Source: a virus (lineage: Duplodnaviria; Heunggongvirae; Uroviricota; Caudoviricetes). Taken from it: 24,834 nucleotides of DNA. The stretch is taken from the IMG/VR virus record IMGVR_UViG_2563366939_000004, positions 1 through 24,834 of that record. One strand, written 5' to 3'. How positions within the stretch are numbered: the stretch's first letter is position 1; every line of letters begins with the position of its first letter. The position numbers and the translations under genes are program-made. Shown here in pieces: positions 16,873-24,834 of the stretch. Below the pieces are notes generated by a model. That model had not been told where the DNA came from. It worked only from the letters and a program-made list of their open reading frames with translations, and searched no databases.

Positions 16873-19524
16873 ATGAGCACAAAACCACTCTTCCTTTTAC
16901 GGAAAGCGAAAAAATCATCCGGTGAACCTGACGTCGTCCTGTGGGCAAGCGACGATTTTGAATCAACCTGTGCCACTCTGGACTACCTGATCGTTAAGTC
17001 AGGTAAAAAACTGAGCAACTATTTTAAAGCTGTTGCCACAAATTTTCCTGTCGTTAATGACCTTCCCCCTGAAGGTGAGATCGATTTTACCTGGAGTGAA
17101 CGCTATCAACTCAGCAAAGACTCCATGACCTGGGAACTAAAACCGGGAGCAGCGCCAGACGACGTTCACCATCAGGAGGATGCACCGGAAACCGAAGAAC
17201 CGACGGGAGGCCAGGAAGAAAACGCGCAGGCAGACGCCCACGAGGATTGCCAGGATTGCGAAGTCTCTGTAGCCACTTTGCGGTTCACACAGCGTCTTCT
17301 GCACATTTTTACGTATGCAGCCGGGGATCGAAAATACCTGCATCATGCCACCCGTGAACAACGCAAACACATTACTGCTCTTGAGATGGATCAGGAAAAC
17401 AGCTATGTCCAGAATCTGCTGTTGGCCATACGCAGCATGGCAGAACCGACAACTCTGGATAATGCCGCCCTGCTCCGCCTGACTGATGCAATTAAGGCAG
17501 TGTTCTCTATCACGAAAAAACATCAGCCCTATGAATTTAAGAATTTCATTTCAGCCTGGCTGGATACCGAACACATTGATCGCGGTCTTCTGACAAAAGA
17601 ATGGCGAAAAGGGAATCGTGTTTCACGCATCACTCGCACGGCTTCCGGTGCTAATGCTGGCTGCGGGAACCTCACCGATCGCGGCGAAGGTTTCGTCCAC
17701 GATCTGACGTCACTGGCGCGCGATGTAGCCACTGGCGTACTGGCCCGTTCAATGGACGTGGACATCTATAACCTTCATCCGGCACACGCTAAACGCATTG
17801 AGGAAATTATCGCTGAAAATAAACCACCCTTTTCTGTTTTCCGCGACAAATTCATCACCATGCCTGGCGGGCTGGATTATTCCCGCGCCATCGTGGTTGC
17901 GTCCGTGAAAGAAGCACCAATTGGGATCGAGGTCATCCCCGCACACGTCACTGAATATCTGAACAAAGTACTGACTGAAACTGATCATGCCAACCCTGAT
18001 CCGGAAATCGTGGATATTGCCTGCGGTCGCTCCTCGGCCCCGATGCCGCAGCGAGTAACAGAAGAAGGAAAACAGGATGATGAAGAAAAACCGCAACCAT
18101 CTGGAACAACGGCAGATGAACAGGGAGAGGCTGAAACAATGGAACCGGACGCAACTGAACATCATCAGGACACGCAGCCACTGGATGCTCAGTCACAGGT
18201 AAATTCTGTTGAAGCGAAATATCAGGAACTGCGGGCAGAACTCCATGAAGCCCGGAAAAACATTCCATCAAAAAATCCTGTCGATGCCGATAAATTGCTT
18301 GCTGCATCACGTGGTGAATTTGTTGACGGAATTAGCGACCCGAACGATCCGAAATGGGTTAAGGGGATCCAGACTCGCGATTCTGTGTACCAGAACCAGC
18401 CAGAAACGGAAAAAATCAGCCCGGATATGAAACAACCTGAGCCAGTAGTGCAACAGGAACCGGAAATAGCCTGCAATGCCTGCGGTCAGACTGGCGGGGA
18501 TAACTGCCCTGACTGTGGTGCGGTGATGGGCGACGCAACATACCAGGAAACATTCGATGAAGAGAATCAGGTTGAAGCTAAGGAAAATGATCCGGAGAAA
18601 ATGGAAGGCGCTGAACATCCGCACAATGAGAATGCTGGCAGCGATCCGCATCGCGATTGCAGTGATGAAACTGGCGAAGTCGCAGATCCCGTAATCGTAG
18701 AAGACATAGAGCCAGGTATTTATTACGGAATTTCGAATGAGAATTACCACGCGGGTCCCGGTGTCAGTAAGTCTCAGCTCGATGACATTGCTGATACTCC
18801 GGCACTGTATTTGTGGCGTAAAAATGCCCCCGTGGACACCACAAAGACAAAAACGCTCGATTTAGGAACCGCTTTCCACTGCCGGGTACTTGAACCGGAA
18901 GAATTCAGTAACCGCTTTATCGTAGCACCTGAATTTAACCGCCGTACAAACGCCGGAAAAGAAGAGGAGAAAGCGTTTCTGATGGAATGCGCAAACACAG
19001 GAAAAACGGTTATCACTGCGGAAGAAGGCCGGAAAATTGAACTCATGTATCAAAGCGTTATGGCTTTGCCGCTGGGGCAATGGCTTGTTGAAAGCGCCGG
19101 ACACGCTGAATCATCAATTTACTGGGAAGATCCTGAAACAGGAATTTTGTGTCGGTGCCGTCCGGACAAAATTATCCCTGAATTTCACTGGATCATGGAC
19201 GTGAAAACTACGGCGGATATTCAACGATTCAAAACGGCTTATTACGACTACCGCTATCACGTTCAGGATGCATTCTACAGTGACGGTTATGAAGCACAGT
19301 TTGGAGTGCAGCCAACTTTCGTTTTTCTGGTTGCCAGCACAACTATTGAATGCGGACGTTATCCGGTTGAAATTTTCATGATGGGCGAAGAAGCAAAACT
19401 GGCAGGTCAGCTGGAATATCACCGCAATCTGCGAACCCTGGCTGACTGCCTCAATACCGATGAATGGCCAGCTATTAAGACGTTATCACTGCCCCGCTGG
19501 GCTAAGGAATATGCAAATGACTAA
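16873..19524 (+). CDS. recE: RecE, exonuclease VIII (5'-3' dsDNA exonuclease)
   Basis: 883 aa; C-terminal region ([16 protein letters not shown]...[17 protein letters not shown]...) matches recalled RecE nuclease domain; middle region appears diverged from the K-12 sequence as I recall it. Confidence 0.9.
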   Translation: MSTKPLFLLRKAKKSSGEPDVVLWASDDFESTCATLDYLIVKSGKKLSNYFKAVATNFPVVNDLPPEGEIDFTWSERYQLSKDSMTWELKPGAAPDDVHHQEDAPETEEPTGGQEENAQADAHEDCQDCEVSVATLRFTQRLLHIFTYAAGDRKYLHHATREQRKHITALEMDQENSYVQNLLLAIRSMAEPTTLDNAALLRLTDAIKAVFSITKKHQPYEFKNFISAWLDTEHIDRGLLTKEWRKGNRVSRITRTASGANAGCGNLTDRGEGFVHDLTSLARDVATGVLARSMDVDIYNLHPAHAKRIEEIIAENKPPFSVFRDKFITMPGGLDYSRAIVVASVKEAPIGIEVIPAHVTEYLNKVLTETDHANPDPEIVDIACGRSSAPMPQRVTEEGKQDDEEKPQPSGTTADEQGEAETMEPDATEHHQDTQPLDAQSQVNSVEAKYQELRAELHEARKNIPSKNPVDADKLLAASRGEFVDGISDPNDPKWVKGIQTRDSVYQNQPETEKISPDMKQPEPVVQQEPEIACNACGQTGGDNCPDCGAVMGDATYQETFDEENQVEAKENDPEKMEGAEHPHNENAGSDPHRDCSDETGEVADPVIVEDIEPGIYYGISNENYHAGPGVSKSQLDDIADTPALYLWRKNAPVDTTKTKTLDLGTAFHCRVLEPEEFSNRFIVAPEFNRRTNAGKEEEKAFLMECANTGKTVITAEEGRKIELMYQSVMALPLGQWLVESAGHAESSIYWEDPETGILCRCRPDKIIPEFHWIMDVKTTADIQRFKTAYYDYRYHVQDAFYSDGYEAQFGVQPTFVFLVASTTIECGRYPVEIFMMGEEAKLAGQLEYHRNLRTLADCLNTDEWPAIKTLSLPRWAKEYAND

Positions 19525-20326
19525 GCAACCACCTATCGCAAAAGCCGATCTGCAAAAAACTCAGGGAAACCGTGCACCAGCAGCAATTAAAAATAACGAC
19601 GTGATTAGTTTTATTAACCAGCCATCAATGAAAGAGCAACTGGCAGCAGCTCTTCCACGCCATATGACGGCTGAACGTATGATCCGTATCGCCACCACAG
19701 AAATTCGTAAAGTTCCGGCGTTAGGAAACTGTGACACTATGAGTTTTGTCAGTGCAATCGTACAGTGTTCACAGCTCGGACTTGAGCCAGGTAGCGCCCT
19801 CGGTCATGCATATTTACTGCCTTTTGGTAATAAAAACGAAAAGAGCGGTAAAAAAAACGTTCAGCTAATCATTGGCTATCGCGGCATGATTGATCTGGCT
19901 CGCCGTTCAGGTCAAATCGCCAGCCTGTCAGCCCGTGTTGTCCGTGAAGGTGACGAATTTAATTTCGAATTTGGCCTTGATGAAAAGTTAATACACCGCC
20001 CAGGAGAAAACGAAGATGCCCCGGTTACCCACGTCTATGCTGTCGCAAGACTGAAAGACGGAGGTACTCAGTTTGAAGTTATGACGCGCAGACAGATTGA
20101 GCTGGTGCGCAGCCAGAGTAAAGCTGGTAATAACGGGCCGTGGGTAACTCACTGGGAAGAAATGGCAAAGAAAACAGCTATTCGTCGCCTGTTCAAATAT
20201 CTGCCCGTATCAATTGAGATCCAGCGTGCAGTATCAATGGATGAAAAGGAACCACTGACAATCGATCCTGCAGATTCCTCTGTATTAACCGGGGAATACA
20301 GTGTAATCGATAATTCAGAGGAATAA
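19517..20326 (+). CDS. recT: RecT single-strand annealing protein
   Basis: 269 aa from [18 protein letters not shown]...; ATG overlaps recE stop (ATGACTAA). Confidence 0.9.
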   Translation: MTKQPPIAKADLQKTQGNRAPAAIKNNDVISFINQPSMKEQLAAALPRHMTAERMIRIATTEIRKVPALGNCDTMSFVSAIVQCSQLGLEPGSALGHAYLLPFGNKNEKSGKKNVQLIIGYRGMIDLARRSGQIASLSARVVREGDEFNFEFGLDEKLIHRPGENEDAPVTHVYAVARLKDGGTQFEVMTRRQIELVRSQSKAGNNGPWVTHWEEMAKKTAIRRLFKYLPVSIEIQRAVSMDEKEPLTIDPADSSVLTGEYSVIDNSEE

Positions 20327-20382
20327 TTCAGTCTGGCGGTGTAATGCACCGCCAACTTGAAATATTTTTTATGAGAAAAATT

Positions 20383-20577
20383 ATGAGATATGACAATGTT
20401 AAACCATGTCCATTTTGTGGTTGTCCATCAGTAACGGTGAAAGCCATTTCAGGATATTACCGAGCGAAGTGTAACGGATGCGAATCCCGAACCGGTTATG
20501 GTGGAAGTGAAAAAGAAGCACTCGAAAGATGGAATAAACGAACCACTGGAAATAATAATGGAGGTGTTCATGTATAA
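20383..20577 (+). CDS. ralR: RalR (Lar), restriction-alleviation protein / type I TA toxin
   Basis: 64 aa MRYDNVKPCPFCGCPSVTVKAISGYYRAKCNGCESRTGYGG... Confidence 0.85.
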   Translation: MRYDNVKPCPFCGCPSVTVKAISGYYRAKCNGCESRTGYGGSEKEALERWNKRTTGNNNGGVHV

Positions 20578-20758
20578 AATTACCGCCACTATTGAAAAGG
20601 AAGGTGGCACTCCTACTAACTGGACAAGATATTCAAAATCTAAACTAACGAAATCAGAATGCGAAAAAATGCTCTCAGGTAAAAAAGAAGCAGCCGTTTC
20701 CAGAGAGCAGAAAGTAAAACTGATAAATTTTAATTGCGAGAGACTTCAGTCCTCGTGA
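20570..20758 (+). CDS. rcbA: YdaC/RcbA small protein (62 aa from ATG 20570)
   Basis: GGAGGTG RBS; start overlaps ralR stop; synteny between ralR and xisR. Confidence 0.6.
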   Translation: MYKITATIEKEGGTPTNWTRYSKSKLTKSECEKMLSGKKEAAVSREQKVKLINFNCERLQSS

Positions 20759-20857
20759 ATTGCATTGTATTCAAATTAAAACTTCATAGCTGATTATTAA
20801 TAATCAACATCGGGCGTCAATTTCAGTCTAACATTGGCGCCTGCCAGAGGTGATGCG

Positions 20858-21073
20858 ATGGCACAAGTAATCTTTAATGAAGAGTGGATGGTTGAATACG
20901 GCCTGATGCTTCGCACTGGTCTGGGGGCCAGACAAATTGAAGCATACCGCCAGAACTGTTGGGTGGAAGGCTTCCACTTCAAACGAGTATCTCCTTTAGG
21001 GAAGCCAGACAGTAAGCGAGGGATTATCTGGTACAACTATCCAAAGATAAATCAGTTTATCAAAGACTCATGA
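20858..21073 (+). CDS. xisR: XisR (YdaQ) excisionase
   Basis: 71 aa [21 protein letters not shown]...; stop 1 nt before intR ATG. Confidence 0.8.
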   Translation: MAQVIFNEEWMVEYGLMLRTGLGARQIEAYRQNCWVEGFHFKRVSPLGKPDSKRGIIWYNYPKINQFIKDS

Positions 21074-21074
21074 T

Positions 21075-22310
21075 ATGTCTAAATTACCAACAGGTGTCGA
21101 GATTAGAGGTAGATACATTCGCATCTGGTTCATGTTTCGAGGAAAACGATGTCGGGAAACATTAAAAGGCTGGGAGATTACAAATAGTAATATTAAAAAG
21201 GCCGGAAATTTAAGATCGCTGATAGTTCATGAAATAAACTCCGGTGAATTTGAGTATTTAAGACGTTTTCCCCAGTCCAGCACTGGGGCAAAAATGGTGA
21301 CAACGAGAGTCATAAAAACGTTCGGAGAACTTTGTGATATCTGGACAAAAATTAAAGAGACAGAGTTAACAACAAACACAATGAAGAAAACGAAATCACA
21401 ATTAAAAACACTCAGAATAATAATTTGTGAAAGTACCCCGATATCACATATTCGTTATAGCGATATCTTAAACTACCGGAATGAACTGCTGCATGGAGAA
21501 ACGCTTTACCTGGATAATCCAAGATCCAACAAAAAAGGAAGAACCGTGCGCACAGTTGATAACTATATCGCCCTGCTCTGTTCGCTGTTGCGTTTTGCGT
21601 ATCAGTCGGGATTTATATCAACCAAACCATTTGAAGGAGTAAAAAAATTACAGCGAAACAGAATAAAGCCTGATCCGTTATCTAAAACAGAATTCAATGC
21701 ATTAATGGAAAGTGAAAAAGGACAGAGCCAGAACTTGTGGAAATTTGCCGTTTACTCAGGACTTCGTCACGGGGAACTGGCAGCTCTGGCGTGGGAGGAT
21801 GTGGATCTCGAAAAGGGAATAGTGAATGTCAGAAGAAACCTGACGATACTTGATATGTTCGGTCCCCCAAAAACAAATGCCGGGATCCGGACAGTAACAC
21901 TACTGCAGCCTGCTCTTGAAGCACTGAAGGAGCAATACAAACTGACCGGGCATCATCGCAAAAGCGAAATCACTTTTTATCATCGGGAGTACGGCAGAAC
22001 CGAAAAGCAAAAACTGCATTTTGTTTTCATGCCCAGAGTGTGTAACGGAAAACAGAAACCTTATTACTCGGTAAGCAGTTTGGGTGCGAGATGGAATGCA
22101 GCAGTAAAACGTGCTGGTATTCGCCGCCGTAATCCGTACCATACGCGGCATACTTTTGCCTGCTGGCTGTTGACGGCAGGAGCGAACCCGGCGTTTATAG
22201 CCAGCCAGATGGGGCATGAAACTGCGCAGATGGTGTATGAAATTTACGGTATGTGGATTGATGACATGAACGACGAACAGGTAGCCATGTTGAATGCGCG
22301 GTTATCGTAG
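21075..22310 (+). CDS. intR: IntR tyrosine integrase
   Basis: 411 aa; C-terminal catalytic region with conserved R...H..R...Y spacing (HTRHTFACWLL ... MVYEIYGMW). Confidence 0.9.
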   Translation: MSKLPTGVEIRGRYIRIWFMFRGKRCRETLKGWEITNSNIKKAGNLRSLIVHEINSGEFEYLRRFPQSSTGAKMVTTRVIKTFGELCDIWTKIKETELTTNTMKKTKSQLKTLRIIICESTPISHIRYSDILNYRNELLHGETLYLDNPRSNKKGRTVRTVDNYIALLCSLLRFAYQSGFISTKPFEGVKKLQRNRIKPDPLSKTEFNALMESEKGQSQNLWKFAVYSGLRHGELAALAWEDVDLEKGIVNVRRNLTILDMFGPPKTNAGIRTVTLLQPALEALKEQYKLTGHHRKSEITFYHREYGRTEKQKLHFVFMPRVCNGKQKPYYSVSSLGARWNAAVKRAGIRRRNPYHTRHTFACWLLTAGANPAFIASQMGHETAQMVYEIYGMWIDDMNDEQVAMLNARLS

Positions 22311-22361
22311 TTGCAAAGTTTGCCCCCAATTTGCCCCATTTAGTACCAGAGAACTGAAATA

Positions 22362-23297
22362 ATGAAAGAAAATCAACAAATTACAAAGAAAGAACAATAC
22401 AACCTGAACAAATTGCAAAAACGTCTGCGTCGTAACGTAGGCGAAGCTATTGCTGACTTCAATATGATTGAAGATGGCGATCGCATTATGGTTTGCCTCT
22501 CCGGGGGTAAAGACAGCTATACCATGCTGGAGATTCTGCGTAATTTGCAGCAAAGTGCGCCAATCAGTTTTTCGCTGGTTGCCGTTAACCTCGACCAGAA
22601 ACAACCTGGCTTCCCGGAACATGTGCTGCCGGAGTATCTCGAAAAACTGGGCGTTGAGTACAAGATTGTTGAAGAGAACACTTACGGTATCGTGAAAGAG
22701 AAGATTCCTGAGGGCAAAACCACCTGCTCACTGTGCTCTCGTCTGCGTCGCGGTATCCTTTACCGCACCGCAACGGAACTGGGTGCGACGAAGATCGCGC
22801 TGGGTCACCATCGTGACGATATCCTGCAAACGTTGTTCCTGAATATGTTCTACGGCGGCAAGATGAAAGGTATGCCGCCGAAGCTGATGAGCGATGATGG
22901 CAAGCACATCGTTATTCGCCCGTTGGCCTACTGCCGCGAAAAAGATATTCAACGCTTTGCCGATGCGAAAGCATTCCCGATTATTCCGTGCAACCTGTGT
23001 GGTTCACAGCCTAACCTGCAACGTCAGGTGATTGCTGATATGCTGCGTGACTGGGATAAGCGTTATCCGGGGCGAATTGAGACGATGTTCAGCGCGATGC
23101 AGAATGTGGTGCCGTCTCATTTGTGCGATACCAGTCTTTTCGATTTCAAAGGCATTACCCACGGTTCCGAAGTGGTTAACGGCGGTGATCTGGCGTTCGA
23201 TCGCGAAGAGATCCCACTACAGCCTGCGGGCTGGCAGCCTGAAGAAGATGAGAATCAGCTGGATGAATTACGGCTGAATGTGGTTGAAGTGAAATAA
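22362..23297 (+). CDS. ttcA: TtcA, tRNA 2-thiocytidine(32) synthetase
   Basis: 311 aa; PP-loop motif CLSGGKDS; paired CxxC motifs. Confidence 0.9.
   Translation: MKENQQITKKEQYNLNKLQKRLRRNVGEAIADFNMIEDGDRIMVCLSGGKDSYTMLEILRNLQQSAPISFSLVAVNLDQKQPGFPEHVLPEYLEKLGVEYKIVEENTYGIVKEKIPEGKTTCSLCSRLRRGILYRTATELGATKIALGHHRDDILQTLFLNMFYGGKMKGMPPKLMSDDGKHIVIRPLAYCREKDIQRFADAKAFPIIPCNLCGSQPNLQRQVIADMLRDWDKRYPGRIETMFSAMQNVVPSHLCDTSLFDFKGITHGSEVVNGGDLAFDREEIPLQPAGWQPEEDENQLDELRLNVVEVK
22386..22411. other. Candidate Rac attachment-site core (attR copy) inside 5' end of ttcA
   Basis: Sequence aagaaagaacaatacaacctgaacaa is the reverse complement of the 26-bp Rac att core as I recall it; second copy would lie outside this window. 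Confidence 0.45.
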
Positions 23298-23391
23298 CCA
23301 GGATAACGCCCGATGCGCAAACTTATCGGGCTACTCTTGCATAGGCCGGATAAGACGCAACCAGCGTCGCATCCGGCAATTCAACATTTCG

Positions 23392-24765
23392 TTATTTTAA
23401 TAATCGCACCCGGCACGTTTTCCCTTTAACCTTCCCGCCCTGTAACTGCTTCCATGCCTTATGGGCGACACTCTGACGCACTGCGACATAGACATGCGCC
23501 GGATGCACAGCAATTTTGCCAATATCTGCGCCATCAAGGCCGATATCGCCCGTCAACGCACCTAACACATCGCCCGGTCGCATTTTGGCTTTTTTCCCGC
23601 CATCAATGCACAACGTCGCCATCTCTGCTTCCAGCGGCACAATGGAACTACTGGCTGGCGGCGTTTGCCAGTTAAGTTTTATCTGCAACATGTCAGAAAT
23701 GATATTGGCGCGCTGTGCTTCTTCCGGGGCACAGAAACTGATCGCCAGTCCGCTATTTCCTGCACGCGCTGTACGCCCGATGCGATGTACATGAACTTCA
23801 GGATCCCACGCCAGTTCAAAGTTCACTACCAGCTCAAGAGATTTGATATCCAGACCGCGCGCTGCGACATCGGTCGCTACCAGCACGCGGGCGCTACCGT
23901 TAGCAAAACGTACCAGGGTCTGATCGCGGTCACGTTGCTCCAGATCGCCATGTAACGACAATGCACTTTGCCCTACTTCATTCAGCGCGTCACACACAGC
24001 CTGACAATCTTTTTTAGTATTACAAAACACCACACAAGACGAGGGTTGATGCAAACTTAATAACCGTTGTAATAACGGAATTTTAGCCTTGCTGGATGTT
24101 TCATAAAATTGTTGTTCAATAGGCGGTAAAGCATCTGTCGAATCAATTTCAATCGCCAAAGGATCGCGTTGTACACGACCGCTAATCGCAGCAATTGCGT
24201 CTGGCCAGGTCGCCGAAAACAAAAGCGTCTGACGAGAAGCAGGAGCAAAACGGATCACATCATCAATGGCATCACTAAATCCCATATCCAACATGCGGTC
24301 AGCTTCATCCATCACCAGCGTATTCAACGCATCCAGCGATACCGTGCCTTTTTGCAGGTGATCGAGCAAACGACCCGGCGTTGCCACGATAATATGCGGC
24401 GCATGTTGCAGCGAATCACGCTGCATACCGAACGGTTGACCACCGCATAAGGTCAAAATTTTGGTATTTGGCAGAAAACGCGCCAACCGACGCAATTCCC
24501 CGGCAACCTGATCCGCCAGCTCACGCGTAGGACACAGTACCAAAGCCTGGGTCTGAAACAGCGACGCATCAATTTGCTGTAACAACCCGAGGCCAAATGC
24601 CGCCGTTTTGCCGCTGCCGGTTTTCGCCTGCACGCGAACGTCTTTTCCGGCAAGGATCGCCGGAAGCGCGGCGGCCTGTACAGGCGTCATGGTTAAATAA
24701 CCCAACTCATTAAGGTTAGTGAGCTGGGCGGGAGGCAAAACGTTCAGGGTAGAAAAAGCGGTCAC
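23392..24765 (-). CDS. dbpA: DbpA, ATP-dependent DEAD-box RNA helicase
   Basis: 457 aa; Q motif, Walker A AKTGSGKT, DEAD box (VMDEAD), SAT motif. Confidence 0.9.
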   Translation of the reverse strand: MTAFSTLNVLPPAQLTNLNELGYLTMTPVQAAALPAILAGKDVRVQAKTGSGKTAAFGLGLLQQIDASLFQTQALVLCPTRELADQVAGELRRLARFLPNTKILTLCGGQPFGMQRDSLQHAPHIIVATPGRLLDHLQKGTVSLDALNTLVMDEADRMLDMGFSDAIDDVIRFAPASRQTLLFSATWPDAIAAISGRVQRDPLAIEIDSTDALPPIEQQFYETSSKAKIPLLQRLLSLHQPSSCVVFCNTKKDCQAVCDALNEVGQSALSLHGDLEQRDRDQTLVRFANGSARVLVATDVAARGLDIKSLELVVNFELAWDPEVHVHRIGRTARAGNSGLAISFCAPEEAQRANIISDMLQIKLNWQTPPASSSIVPLEAEMATLCIDGGKKAKMRPGDVLGALTGDIGLDGADIGKIAVHPAHVYVAVRQSVAHKAWKQLQGGKVKGKTCRVRLLK

Positions 24766-24834
24766 AATCTATTCTCGTGGTCATCGACGCAAAATTAGCA
24801 GGCGCGTATCCTCGCAGATCTACGCTCACGATGC

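Noticed and set aside
17137-19422. Multiple minus-strand ORFs inside recE (e.g. 17137-17523, 17749-18165, 18307-18750)
   Set aside because: Antisense to a long conserved gene; typical spurious ORFs in GC-balanced coding DNA.
21900-24450. Antisense or alternative-frame ORFs within intR, ttcA and dbpA
   Set aside because: Overlap well-supported conserved genes.

Overview
This window is the integrase-proximal part of a Rac-family lambdoid prophage inserted at the 5' end of ttcA in an Escherichia/Shigella-type chromosome, with host genes ttcA and dbpA at the right edge. All calls below are from reading the sequence and from recalled protein families; no database search was run. Right to left the prophage carries intR, xisR, rcbA, ralR, recT, recE, racC, ydaE, kilR, ydaF, ydaG, the racR repressor with divergent ydaS-ydaT-ydaU-ydaV, then three uncharacterised genes, a KilA-N moron, a hok-type toxin, nin-region genes (YbcO-like), a Q-like gene, two tRNA genes (Thr-UGU, Gly-UCC), a phage-21-type lysis cassette (pinholin, SAR endolysin, nested Rz/Rz1), trkG, a translationally coupled ParB-like plus 310-aa gene pair, a YnaK-like gene and the 5' part of a terminase-small-subunit-like gene. 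Compared with what I recall of the K-12 Rac remnant, this copy appears more complete (Q, tRNAs, holin, endolysin, full Rz present) and lacks a sieB-sized gene. The strongest candidates for an undescribed cargo system are the ParB-like/310-aa cassette next to the packaging genes and the moron cluster around hok and the KilA-N gene. No CRISPR array, IS element or rRNA was seen.
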